DNA of 64,000 nucleotides from the human T2T-CHM13v2.0 reference genome, Homo sapiens: assembly GCF_009914755.1 (NCBI RefSeq), contig NC_060935.1; one strand, written 5' to 3'. Below the pieces are notes generated by a model that ran no database searches, had not been told where the DNA came from, and saw nothing but the letters and a program-made list of their open reading frames with translations. Each line of letters begins with the position of its first letter. Positions within the stretch are counted from its first letter, which is position 1. Shown here piece by piece: positions 29,040 to 43,900 of this stretch. Position numbers and translations under genes: made by a program.

Positions 29040-30537
29040 CAGATTATAATCTGTTGGTATGATTATTTTGTTTATGAAGTATAAAACAATTCTTCACAAC
29101 CAATTTTTTTGGAAATATAGTTATTTTTTACAAAAATATGTTACATTAACAAATAACATATTACTATTTTAAAATGGGCTATTAAATATTATTTTTCAAT
29201 TTTAATTTATAATATGCTTAATGTGATAACTCTAGCCAGACAAACTTGGCTGATGAATTGTTCAAACTTGGCTGATGGAGGCCCCTGTTTCCATTTAACA
29301 TGCCTCCAACATTTTGTCAGGCACTTTCTTGTGTCCTGGCATCATGAGATATTTAGGGCTCATCTTGTACTCACCCTGGCCCAGCCCTGGAATCAGCCAT
29401 TTCTCCAAGAAGCTCTGTTTCCTCTTATTAGAGAACACTATCTAGAAATAAAAATCTATCTGGCTGTGCCAAATGGTACTGTGCTGTCTTTACTTATTTT
29501 AATAATTGTTTTTTGTTATTACAAAATTTGTATAAGGCCTCTGTTAATAATTCATAAGAAAACAGATTTTAAAAAGTAAGGAAATTAAAAATCACCTATA
29601 ACATTACCACCTAATAATAACTGCGTTATTTAAAAATAACTGTTATTTAAAAATATTTTTAATATGATTTTAAATATATATGATATTTTATATATATGAC
29701 AAGGAGTAACAACTCAATTTCTAAGTGGTTTACTAAGTCCTGCGGAGTCTAGTTTTGTAGTCTTTGGAGTCTGTTTCCTTCTTTCCTCCTTCACTGCCTT
29801 TGTTCAAGTCCCCATTATTTCTTACTTGGATTCTTAAAATAGCCTCCTTACAGTCTCCCAGCATCAGTCTTGTACTGTTCTGATCCAAACTTTATCCTGT
29901 TACCAAAGTAACATTTAAAAAAATAAAATATAATCATGTCACTCTGTACTTGGCCTTTAAGAACATGCCCATCATCCTTGGCGTGACATTGTTCTCATCT
30001 TGCAGGCTCCAGCCTCTTTTCCCACTTACCCTGCTTGCAGCCTCTGCTACGGCTGTAATGAACTCCTCGTCACCCCTGTATTGTGCAATGAACTCTAATC
30101 CCGCCCTGCCTTTTCAATGTTGCCCTCTCTACCAGGGACACCCTCCTCCACATCCTGCCAGCCTACCTGTCCCTTGAGACTCAGCTTAGATATCATTTCT
30201 TTATCTGTCACCTAATACTTTTTATGCTATTGGGAAAATTGTCTCTCTTTCTATTATGCTTTGAGTGCCTTAAGAAAGGAAATTTGGCATCAAGTAAATA
30301 TGTTTGTTGAATAAATTATAAACAATTTTAAAAGTGAACAAAATGTATTTGTTGAAGGAATTAATGAAATGACTTGATTAAAAAATGGAAATAGAATGAA
30401 GATTCAGTATGTAACAATAACACCATATAGTAGTTTCTTTAGATTCCAGAAAAAGGTTAAATGTAATGTTGTTTGGAATTGAAATATTTAACAAATTAAG
30501 TTTTGTGGTACCTTTGTCAAAGTGAGGATTTGTCTGT

Positions 30538-31216
30538 TGTCATAGATTGAGTTCCCCTGGAAGCCAACTCTGAGAGGGACACGAGAGTGTAGGAAGTTAT
30601 TGGGCAGTGCTCTTGGAGCATCACATGTAGATGGGAAGGGAAGGGAAGCAGGATACAGAGAGGGAGAAGATGGGCTGTAATGGAGTCTGAGGATTGTCTC
30701 AGCATCCCAGGGATTGGGAGCTAACATAGCCCTTGTATTAGTCTGTTTTCACACTGCTGTAAAGAACTTCCCTGAGACTAGATAATTTATAAAGGAAAGA
30801 GGTTTAATTGACTCACAGTTCAGCATGGCTAGGAAGGCCTCAGGAAACTCACAATCATGGCAGAAAAGGAAGGAGGCACCTTCTTCATGAGGCAGCAGGA
30901 GGGTAAAGAGCCAGGAAACCACCAAATAAAACCATCAGATCTCATGAGAACTCACTCAACATCATGAGAACAGCATGGTGGAAGCTGCCTCCATGTTCCA
31001 ATCACCTTCGTCCCTCAACACGTGGGGATTACAATTCAAGATGAAATTTGGGTGGGGACAGAGAGCCAAACCATATCAGCCCTTCAGAGTTTTCCTGGGT
31101 TGGAGCATGGTTGAAGGGCCTTGTTACCCCTACATGGACCAACTGTCGGATGTGGTCTGCTCTGGGTAGGTGATACGGCCTGGGGAGAGGTAAATTCTCT
31201 TCAGTTGAGGCAATTC
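30538..31216 (-). mobile_element. Old ERVL LTR (LTR40-like), split by a THE1 insertion
   Basis: TTCCCCTGGAAGCCAACTCTGAGA...GGAAGCAGGATACAGAGAGGGAGAAG; sequence continues across the GCCCT TSD. Confidence 0.5.
30734..31078 (-). mobile_element. THE1 MaLR solo LTR
   Basis: TGTATTAGTC...GCCAAACCATATCA; perfect 5-bp TSD GCCCT. Confidence 0.92.
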
Positions 31217-32464
31217 AAAATAAATTCTTTAGTCCAGCGTGGGGAACATCTAGACATTGTACCCTAGCATCCACTGCATCCACAAATACTATGGGCTAGG
31301 TGGATTGGACTCCATTATTACTCAGTGTAGTCACTAGGGAGAGTACATCGTTTCTTAAGAACGCTCTAGACTTCAGCCAGGGGCACAAATCCAACCTTTC
31401 CATTGAGCTCGAGGGCAGTAAAACAACAACAAAATCCTTCAATTTGGAGTCAGCTGGGCAGAGTGTTTCTTTCACTGAGATCGCTATGAAGGAGGCATAC
31501 TGGAAGCTATTGGTGAACTCAAACATTTTCTATCTGGGAAAGAACAATGCAAGGAAGACAGAAGAGAGCTGGGTCATACAATGCCAGAACCATCAGCCGC
31601 AGTTTCTGTGAGGGAGGACAGAGAACTCAACGAATCTTCCATTGAGAACTGAATTGAAAATAAATTTTGATAATGACTTGAAACAATTTAATTCTAGCCT
31701 TTTAGTTTTATTGCTCATTAGTGCCCATTATTACATTTAATGTTTCTGCTCAATCTTGAATTCTGCAAAAGCAGTCATTTCAAAATTTTGAGACAAAGGA
31801 TTTTAATTGAATTAAGAAGTCACTAAACATAAAGATTTATATTTTTAGATAAGAAAAATGATGAATAAAGGGCAATGTGAGCAGCAGTGATTTCAAAGAA
31901 GCATATATAAATAAAAATAAATTGTCTTAAACCACATAATCATAGTAATTCATGAGCACACAATGAAACAACCACAGAACTTCCTGCTCAGTGTTCCCAG
32001 CAAATAAAAAGGGATTTTGCATTCATTAAACTTCTTAAGTAATTTTATTTTAATCTTTAACAGTCAGAGCCCTAGATCTCTCTATTTTGTAATTCTGAAG
32101 TACTTATGTCAATAAATGTCTCAAGACCCACATGATGGTTAAATTATGAGGTTGAAACCTCAATTTTGTTTTATAAACCTTTCCCTAAAAATTTTGGGAC
32201 AAATTTCAAGGAAACAATTCACTAGTTGTGATTCATTTATAATTAACCAGAATCTAAATAAAGGTAGCATTCCATTTTGAGGAAGAATTATTGGTGTGTT
32301 GGAGACACAGGTGATGTTTCTGTAAAAGACAATAGTATCAGCAAACTCTTTCCAAGAACATCTACTGTTTGGATAAGTCAGTTTATGTATGGTGATGGGA
32401 CATTTTAGTTAACTAATTTATTTATCTTTTTGATTATTTAGATATATGCAAGATAGGTAGGCAC

Positions 32465-32640
32465 TATAGCTGTGTGATCTTGGGTAAGTTATTTAACTTT
32501 TCTAAACTTTAGTTTCTTCATTTATGAAGTGAGGATATTAATACCTACTGTATCAAGTTGTGTGAATTAAATGAGAAAGTGTGTGTAAACGCTTGGCACA
32601 ATGCCTGGAAAGTGAAAAGTACTGAATAAATGATTGTTAT
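32465..32640 (+). mobile_element. MIR
   Basis: TAGCTGTGTGATCTTGGGTAAGTTATTTAAC...AGTTTCTTCATTTATGAAGTGAGG core. Confidence 0.75.
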
Positions 32641-33892
32641 TATGTATACATACATAACACAATTATATTTTAATTTCTTATGTAGTCATTATTATAATCG
32701 TAAGATATAATTTATCTGCAAAGCACTTCTCAACATCATTCCCTTTTGACTTGAACTCCTTCAAACGTGCTTAGAACTGTGAAGCAAATGGCTACAGCTT
32801 AATGAGTGGTTATAAGAGTACTCTGTTTTTCTTCTCTTTCATACTTTTCTCCTTCCCAAACTTTTAAACATATCCTAAATTTATCTCCTTTACCCCTGCC
32901 CAACCACCCACCCCACAATTAAAAGGAATTGTCTTTAAGGACACAGGGCTCACTGTGGATTCCCTCCCTTCCCCTCCCCTCCCTCCCTTCCTCCTTTCCT
33001 TTCTCTTTTCCCCGTTACCCTCACAGTCCCTGGAACATTGCTTAGGAGGTTTTTGCCAGCAGAAGTTGAATAAATGTCTGAATGAAAGTTTACAAATATC
33101 CCATTTATTTATTCACTTAACGAAGGGCCACATGCCTGGATCCAATGCTGTTGTAGTAAACATTAACCCAGCCCTGTCCAGGTCACTAGCTGATCCGAGA
33201 GACAGTCGTTCAAAAGTGCAATTACAAAACAGGGGTCAAGGGTCATTGTTATGGGATTACTGGGACGTGAGAGAAGACTTCCTGAGCATGAGAGGATGGG
33301 CAGCCCTGAAGCAGGCAAAGGAAAAGTGGCACAGCAGGAAGCAAGTCAGATGAGGGGGCCTGGTTTGTGCGAGAACATGACAAACCAGTGTTCCTGAAGC
33401 CTAAAGGGAAGGTGAGACAAGGCAGAGGAGGCTGGCGGGGCCAGGTCACGGAGTCTCCTGTGCCACACTGAGAGTCTGGACTTGAGCTTGTGGAGGTGAG
33501 AGATAAGCATTGAGCGGTTTTGACTTTTCTTGCATTTTTCACGTTAACTTCTTGACTTTTTCCTGTTGGTATTGACTTCCCTCTATTGCCTCCAGTGTCA
33601 AGAATAGAATCTTGGCTCTCCCTGAAAATGTGTATTCCTGAGAAATTGGAGTCCACAGGGAACAGAAAGAAGCTATCGGTGTATTTGCTACTGGGCTTTC
33701 CCTGGGGACGTGTGTGTTTCTTTTCAGTTCAGAGCTTATTTTCACTTTTTAAATGATCTATCGTCAACTTTATTTTTCTCTACTCAGGTGGAAAGTTTCC
33801 AGATTTTATTCTCATGTTTCATATTCCTTATTGCTGTTTTAAAAGACAATTTCTGACTCTTCAATATGATTATTCTATTAGTAAAGTGAGAA

Positions 33893-34177
33893 GGCCGGGT
33901 GTGGTGGCTCACACCTGTAATCCCAGCACTTTGGGAGGCTGAGGTAGTGGATCACCTGAGGTCAGGAGTTTGAGACCAGCCTGACCAACATGATGAAACC
34001 CCCATCTCTACTAAATAAAAAAATTAGCCGGGCATGGTGGCGCATGCCTGTAATCCCAGCTACTTGGGAGGACCAGGCAGAAGAATTGCTTGAACCTGGA
34101 GGCGGAGGTTGCAGTGAGCCAAGATCGCGCCATTGCACTCAAGCCTGGGCAACAAGAGTGAAACTCTGTCTCAAAAA

Positions 34178-34205
<28 letters not shown>
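33893..34205 (+). mobile_element. Alu (AluSp/Sq-like) with a (TAAA)n tail
   Basis: Full dimer; TSD TAAAGTGAGAA. Confidence 0.95.
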
Positions 34206-34208
<3 letters not shown>

Positions 34209-34534
34209 AGTGAGAAAAACAATTATTCAAAGGCACTTATTTATTGTAATAGACAATTATATTTATTATAAAAGTGGCCTCTTCAAGAGCTACTGCAATA
34301 ACAATGACAACTTCGACTTTAGCTGAAGTTATGTTCATTTACTCAATGAATTCTTTTTTCTTTCTTTCTTCTTGGAGATTGAATTTAAGGGAAATTTAAT
34401 CCTAGCTAATGCTTTCATTTTTCATTTTGTCATTGCTGTTGGCTTTGTTTTCCCTCAGAACTGATTGTCACATATCTTTATATTATAGTCTTTGTCTGTA
34501 ACTTTTTTTCACAGTTTTTTAAAATTTCTTTTTA

Positions 34535-34957
<423 letters not shown>

Positions 34958-36683
34958 TAAATTTTATTAAAAAGGAACACTTAAAAAGTAAAATGAGAAA
35001 GAAAGGGCACCCTGAGTGATTTCTATTTAATGTGGTTTCATATATTAGTTAAAATATATGATTTTAATTAGGAAGCAAACTCAGCTGTGCTTTCAGATTA
35101 TTAAGCAATATTAATTTTTCCCCTCCAGAAAGCCTTTCAGATGTTAGTCATTGATTTATGATCATGGGATGTAGCTTCTTTGTCTGCAAATAACCAGTTG
35201 GCTTTAGTGTCTTTTGGTAGGAAGAGCAGAGGTTAGGGTCATCTATAGGCAAATAAGGATGGTCACCTTGTGGGTTTTCCAAGTCCCAAGGTCAAGCTGG
35301 CAGTGCTGGGCATGACATAATTGCTGGTGGAGATAAAATGATCTGAAGCATTTGCATTTGTTGCACCCCCAAGACCATCATCACCAAATCTAGTCAAAGT
35401 CATTCTGTACTTCTACAGACCATCCTGAAAAAGTGGCAAGTTGTCTCTTTACAATTTCTTTCTTTCTCCTATGTGTTCATCTTACCCCGATTTCATCTGA
35501 ATGAAGTGGCAGCGGCAGTGGTGAGCTACACCTCCTAAGGGCTGACTTTTACTAGGGTATTTAGTATCTTCTGACCCTTTTGATCCCTTGAATGGTGAGG
35601 CCACGCTTTGGCTTATACTGCAAAATAATCCAACAGCCAGGCTGGTGGCCCTTACGGAGTTACACTCCAACTTCTGGGCTCAGAGCCTTGTTCTTTCTTT
35701 TATCTGGCATTATCAGCTATTGTAGTATTTTTGGCTCCTTAAGGCTAGCTTGATACAGTGTCATATTTTGATATGAAAGATAACAAGATATGATAGTACC
35801 ACAAAGGGCAATGCTTAAGATTTGCAATGGATGTATTTTTCGTTGTCTCCAATAAGAATTTTTCATTAGGTAGCATTTTCAGATAACTCCATTTTGATAT
35901 TTATCTCTTTTATTTGGGCTATTTATTATGTCCCTCAAACTAGATTATGAGTTTTCTAAAGGCAGAAAGCATATTTCACTCACCTTTGATTCCCCATTCC
36001 TACAAGATCTAATATGAATTACAGAGAGCTGTTCAGCAAATACTTGTTGCATCTATGGAATTACAGCAGTAACACATATATTGACCTGGAACCAGAATCA
36101 TGTTCTGAATGCAGAAGTACGTACTTTCTTTTTCTTTCTTGAGAACGCTGGATCTTTTTTAAAATGTTAATTTGCAGTTTGAAGCTGTTTAGGTTAAAAA
36201 AAAAATACAAGAAGCAGCAGCAAAAGAGACCAAGTAGGCACTTTTGGATACTATAATTACATATGAGGCTTGTTTTTATTATAGTTCTTCAGGCTTAATC
36301 ATGCTTTCGATTCCATGAAATGTCATAGAACCACAAGACGGAGAAGGTCTCAAAAGACCTCTTAGTCTCTGTGTCTAAAGAGACATGAGTTTAAACTTCT
36401 GCAAGCATTTGCTTACCCTATAGTTTTCTTTTAAAATATCAAAGAAAAAAAGGACACGTCAAGGTCCAAACCATTTTTAAATAAATACTTTGTTTAATGC
36501 CTTTTTCACCTATGGTTTAACCATCAGATATGACTTTTTATTTCAGTTCCTTCTTTTCTTGCCAATTATGGGAGATTTTTTTTTCTCTGATCTCTTTCTT
36601 TTTTTCTGTACAAATTTTTATTGTGTACATTTGAGGTTTACAATGTGGTATTACGTGATACGTATAGATAGTAAAATACGTAC

Positions 36684-37047
<364 letters not shown>

Positions 37048-37129
37048 TTACTTTTTTGCGTGACAATAACAGCTGAAATCTACTTATTTAACCAAAATCC
37101 CCAATACAATACAATTTCATTTTATTTCT

Positions 37130-37688
<559 letters not shown>

Positions 37689-37770
37689 TAACATCCTTCT
37701 GTCTTCCTGGTCCATCCATGTTGTGGCAAGTGGCAGGATCTCTGTTTTAAAGCCTAAACAATATTCTACT

Positions 37771-37772
<2 letters not shown>

Positions 37773-37806
<34 letters not shown>
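37773..37806 (+). repeat. (CA)n microsatellite
   Basis: About 17 AC units. Confidence 0.95.
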
Positions 37807-37808
<2 letters not shown>

Positions 37809-38673
37809 CACCACCACATTTTCTTTATCTACTCATCCATCTATGGGCATTTAGGTTGTTTCCATATCTTAGCTATTGTTAATAATGCATCAGTGAACCT
37901 GGGAGTGCAGATATCTTTATGAAGTGGTGATTTTGTCTCCTTTGGGGATATACCCAGAAGAGGAATTTCTGGGTCTTATGGTACTCTATTTTTAATTATT
38001 TTTGGAATCTCCATACTGTTTTCCATAATGACTGTACCAATCTACATTTCTAACAACTTTGTACAATGGTTCTCTTCACTGTATACCCTTGTCAACATTT
38101 GTTATTTCTTGACTTTTTGATAATAGTCATCCAAACAGGTGCAAGGTGATAGCTCATTGTGGTTTTAATTTGCATTTCCCTGATAGTTAGTGATGTTGAG
38201 AACATTTTCATATACCTGTTGGCCATTTTTATGTCTTTTTTTTTGGAGAAATATCTATTCAGCTCCTTTTCCCATTTTAAAAATCAGATTATTTGCTTTT
38301 CTGCTATTAAGTTGTAAGAGTTCTTTATAAATTTTGGATATTAAGCCCTCCTCAGATATTTGGTTTGCAATTATTTTTTCCCAGCTCATAGTTGCCTTTT
38401 CATTTTGTTGTTTTCTTTGCTGTGTATAAACTTTTTAGTTTGATATTTATTAATTTTGTTTTTGTAGTAAAAGCTTTTGGTGTGTTATCCAAAAAATATC
38501 ATCACCAAGACCAATGTTAAGGAGGTTTTCTTCTATGTTCTCATCTAGGAATTTTATAATTTCAGGTCTTACATTTTTGGTCTCATATCCATTTGGAGTT
38601 TCTTTTTGTATACGGTGTAAGTTAAGGGTCTAATTTTATTCTTTTGCATGTGTAAATCCAGTTTTCCTATTGA

Positions 38674-39163
<490 letters not shown>

Positions 39164-40154
39164 TAATTTCAAACCAGGAAGTATGATACCTCCAACTTTG
39201 CTTTTGTTTTGTAGTACTGCTTTGGCTATTTGGATTTTTTTTGTATGTGGTTCCGTACAGATTTTAGGATTGTTTTTTCTATTTCTGTGAAAAAAGCCAT
39301 TGGAATTTTGGTAGGGGTTGCATTAAATCTGGGTATTGCTTTGGGTGGTATGGACATAAACAATCCGGTTTCTTTTCCGCTTGCATAAATCTTTTGGCTT
39401 TTCTTCTTCTCTTTTCAAATAGAACTTTAAACTCCTCACTTTTCTACTATGCAGAACAATTTAACAGACAGCACTTGTTTCTTGAGCATGCACCAGCAGG
39501 ATATGGGGTGAGTCTTACCCTTGACCAGTAGTTATTAATCAAGACATCTATTCCAGGACAAATACGATGCTTTCCCTAACAGGGATTTGGGTGAATGAGA
39601 TTTTTCTTCATCTCATTACGTTTTCACATATACTTCTAAATAAATGATTCCCTTCTTTTGTTCTTTCAACATAGTGCTTAATTTCCAGAAATACAACCTT
39701 GTTTCCTCTCTTTTTGGTTCTCTGCTCAGGTCAACACCCATCATCTAGTTTTAGACCCACAGCTGATTACATGGTTCTAAAATAAGCCAGACTGCTCCAG
39801 ATTGTAGCATTTATAGGTTGTTGAAAGTGCTGGTGACTCAGTTCCTGGAGTTTGTCAAACACCACCACTGCCAACACAAGCTATGTTTTGCCATCATCTT
39901 CATTATTATTGTTGTCATCCTCATTATTTTTTGCTTTCCATTGGATTTCTAGGTTTCCCACTCTGCTTATTTTGTTCTACTAGTGAGCTGTTCTTTTTTT
40001 TTGGTACTCTTTAAAAGAATTCTAAAGGTTAAAATAGTGTATGTAATAGTTGCTTGATGGATTCACTTTGGCCGATTCAAGGCATATTGATCATATGAAG
40101 GCTGATCATTTGGTTGTGGACTTCTTGTCCTGCTGTCTTAAGAAAGACTTTTGA

Positions 40155-40459
40155 GGCCGGGCGCGGTGGCTCACGCCTGTAATCCCAGCACTTTGGGAGG
40201 CCGAGGCGGGCGGATCACGAGGTCAGGAGATCGAGACCATCCTGGCTAACACGGTGAAACCCCGTCTCTACTAAAAATAAAAAAAATTAGCCGGGCGAGG
40301 GGGCGGGCACCTGTAGTCCCAGCTACTCGGGAGGCTGAGGCAGGAGAATGGCGTGAACCCCAGGGGGCGGAGCCTGCAGTGAGCCGAGATTGCGCCACTG
40401 CACTCCAGCCTGGGCGACAGCGAGACTCCGTCTCAAAAAAAAAAAAAAAAAAAAAAAAA
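40155..40459 (+). mobile_element. Young AluY (AluYe-like)
   Basis: CpGs largely intact; GGGCGAGG, GGAGCCTGCAG and GGGCGACAGCGAGAC variants; long pure A tail; perfect 15-bp TSD AAGAAAGACTTTTGA. Confidence 0.93.
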
Positions 40460-40518
40460 AAGAAAGACTTTTGAAAAATGTGGTGATAGAAACACCTTGC
40501 AGCACGCTAAGGGAGCCA

Positions 40519-40790
40519 TGCTATGGTCTGAATGTGCCCTCCCCAAATTCATGTGTTGAAACTTAATTGCCAATGTGATAGTATTAAGAGGTGGGGGTTT
40601 AAGTCATGAGGGCGGAGCCTTTGGGATTAGCATGTTTAAAAGAGGTGTGAGGGAACTGGTCACACTTTCTGCTACATGAGGATGCAATAAGAGGTGCCAT
40701 CTTGGAGATAGAGAGCAGTTCTCACCAGACACTAAATCTGCTGGTGCCTTCATCTTGGACTTTCCAGCCTCCAGAACTGTGAGAACATAG
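40519..40790 (+). mobile_element. MST/MLT1A-type MaLR LTR, 3'-truncated
   Basis: TGCTATGGTCTGAATGTG...TCTTGGACTTTCCAGCCTCCAGAACTGTGAGAA. Confidence 0.75.
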
Positions 40791-40929
40791 ATTTGGCATG
40801 GCCACTTTCCCCTTCCAACTCATCCATCGGGGAGTAGGTAACAATGTGTTATGGCTGCGGAGCTTTCTCCCTACAAAGGAAACACCAGGAATGACGAAGC
40901 AATCATTTCCCCCAACAGTCCTTTGCTTC

Positions 40930-43900
40930 TTTTTTTTTTTTCTTTTTTTTAAAATTATATTTTCAATTGTTTTCAACTTTTATTTTAGGTTCATGGGGTA
41001 CATGTGCAGGTTGTTATATGGGTAAATTGCATGTTGCAGGGATTTGGCGTACTAATAATTTTGTCACCCAGGTAATCAACATAGTACCCAATAGGTAGTT
41101 TTTAAATCCTCACCCTTCTCCCACTTTCTACCCTCAAGAAGGCCCTGGTGTCAATTGTTCCGTTGTTTGTGTCCATGTGTACTAAATGTTTACCTTCCAC
41201 TTATTTTATTTATTTATTTATTTATTTATTTTATTTTCTTATTATTATACTTTAAGTTTTAGGGTACATGTGCACAACGTGCAGGTTTGTTACATATGTA
41301 TACATGTGCCATGTTGGTGTGCTGCACTCATTAACTCGTCTTTTAGCATTAGATATATCTCCTAATGCTATCCCTTTCCCCTCCCCCCACCCCACAACAG
41401 TCCCTGGTGTGTGATGTTCCCCTTCCAGTGTCCATGTGTTCTCATTATTCAATTCCCACCTATGAGTGAGAACATGCGGTGTTTGGTTTTTGTCCTTGCG
41501 ATAGTTTGCTGAGAATGATGGTTTCTAGCTTCATGTCCCTACAAAGGACATGAACTCATCATTTTTAATGGCTGCATAGTATTCCATGGTGTATATGTGC
41601 CACATTTTCTTAATCCAGTCTATCCTTGTTGGACATTTGGGTTGATTCCAAGTCTTTGCTATTGTGAATAGTGCCGCAATAAACATACGTGTGCATGTGT
41701 CTTTATAGCAGCATGATTTATAGTCCTTTGGGTATATACCCAGTAATGGGATGGCCGGGTCACATGGTATTTCTAGTTCTAGATCCCTGAGGAATCGCCA
41801 CACTAACTTCCACAATGGTTGAACTAGTTTACCCTCCCATCAACACTGTAAAAGTGTTCCTATTTCTCCACATCCTCTCCAGCCCCTGTTGTTTCCTGAC
41901 TTTTTAATGATCGCCATTCTAACTGGTGTGAGATGGTATCTCACTGTGGTTTTGATTTGCATTTCTCTGATGGCCAGTGATGGTGAGCATTTTTTCATGT
42001 GTTTTTTGGCTGCATAAATGTCTTATTTTGAGAAGTGTCTGTTCATATCCTTCGCCCACTTTTTGATGGGGTTGTTTGTTTTTTTCTTGTAAATTTGTTT
42101 GAGTTCACTGCAGATTCTGGATATTAGCCCTTTGTCAGATGAGTAGGTTGCATAAATTTTCTCCCATTCTGTAGGTTGCCTGTTCACTCTGATGGTAGTT
42201 TCTTTTGCTGTGCAGAAGCTCTTTAGTTTAATTAGATACCATTTGTCAATTTTGGCTTTTGGTGTTTTAGACATGAAGTCGTTGCCCATACCTATGTCCT
42301 GAATGGTATTGCCTAGGTTTTCTTCTAGGATTTTTATGATTTTAGGTCTAATATGTAAGTCTTTAATCCATCTTGAATTAATTTTTGTATAAGGTGTAAG
42401 GAAGGGATCCAGTTTCAGCTTTCTACATACGGCTAGCCAGTTTTCCCAACACCATTTATTAAATAGGGAATCCTTTCCCCATTGCATGTTTTTGTCAGGT
42501 TTGTCAAAGATCCGATAGTTGTAGATATGCAGCATTATTTCTGAGGGCTCTGTTCTGTTCCATTGGTCTATATCTCTGTTTTGGTACCAGTACCATGCTG
42601 TCTTGGTTACTGTAGCCTTGTAGTATAGTTTGAAGTCAGGTAGTGTGATGCCTCCAGCTTTGTTCTTTTGGCTTAGGATTGACCTGGCAATGCGGGCTCT
42701 TTTTTGGTTCCATATGAACTTTAAAGTAGTTTTTTACCTTCCACTTATAAGTGAGAATATGCAGTATTTGCTTTTCTGTTCCTGCTTTAATTCACTTAGG
42801 ATAATGGCCTCCAGCTGCATCCATGGCACTGCACAGGACATGATCTCATTCTTTTTTTTATGGCTGTGTAGTATTCTATTGTGTATATGTACCACACTTT
42901 CTAAGTCCAGGTTGATTCCATGTCTTTGCTATTGTGAGTAGTGCTGCAATGGACGTACATGTGCGTGTGTCTTTATGGTAAAACAACTGATATTCCAGTA
43001 ATGGGATTGCAAGATCGAATGGTAGCTCTGTTTTAAGTTCTTTGAGAAATCTCCAAACTGCTTTCCTGTGGCTGAACTAATTTACATTCCCACCAGCAGT
43101 GTATAAGCTTTCCTTTTTCTCCATGGCCTAATCAGCATCTGTTATATTTTAACTTTTTAATAATAGCCATTCTGAATGGTGTGAGGTGGTATCTCATTGT
43201 GGTTTTCATTTGCATTTCTCCAATGATTACTGATGTTAAGCATTTTTTCTTATACTTGTTGGCAGCATATATGTATTTTGAGATGTGTCCTTTGCCCATT
43301 TTTAATGGACTTATTTGTTTTTTGCTTGTTAATTCTGGATATTAGAACTTTAGTTCCTTATAGATTCTGGATATTAGACCTTTGTCAGATATGTAGTGTG
43401 CGAATATTTTTTCCCATTTTGTAGGTTGCTTGTTTACTCTGTGATAGTCTCTTTTGCTATGCAGAAACTCTTTAGTTTAATTAGGTCCCACTTCTCAATT
43501 TGTGTTTTTGTTGCAATTGTTTTTGGAGTCTTCATCATAAAATCTTTGCCAGGACCAATGGCCAGAATGGTATTTCCTAGGTTTTCTTTTAGGATTTTAA
43601 TAGTTTTAGGTTTTACATTTACGCCTTTGATCCATCTTGAGTTGATTTTTGTATATAGTGAGAGGAAGTGGTCCAGTTTCAATCTTCTGCATATGACTAG
43701 CCAGTTATCCCAGCACCATTTATTGAATAGGGAGTCCTTTCCCCTTTGCTTGTTATTCTTGGCTTTGTCAAAGATCAGATGGTTGTAGGTGTGCAGATTT
43801 ATTTCTAGGTTCTCTAACCTGTTCCGTTGGTCTAGGTGTCTTTTTTTTTTATTTTTTTTTTTACAAGTACCATGCTATTTTAGTTACTGCAGACTTGTAG

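Noticed and set aside
36007-36233. Possible plus-strand lncRNA exons (AG...GTACGT; AG...GTAGGC)
   Set aside because: Splice-like dinucleotides alone are too common; this needs transcript data.
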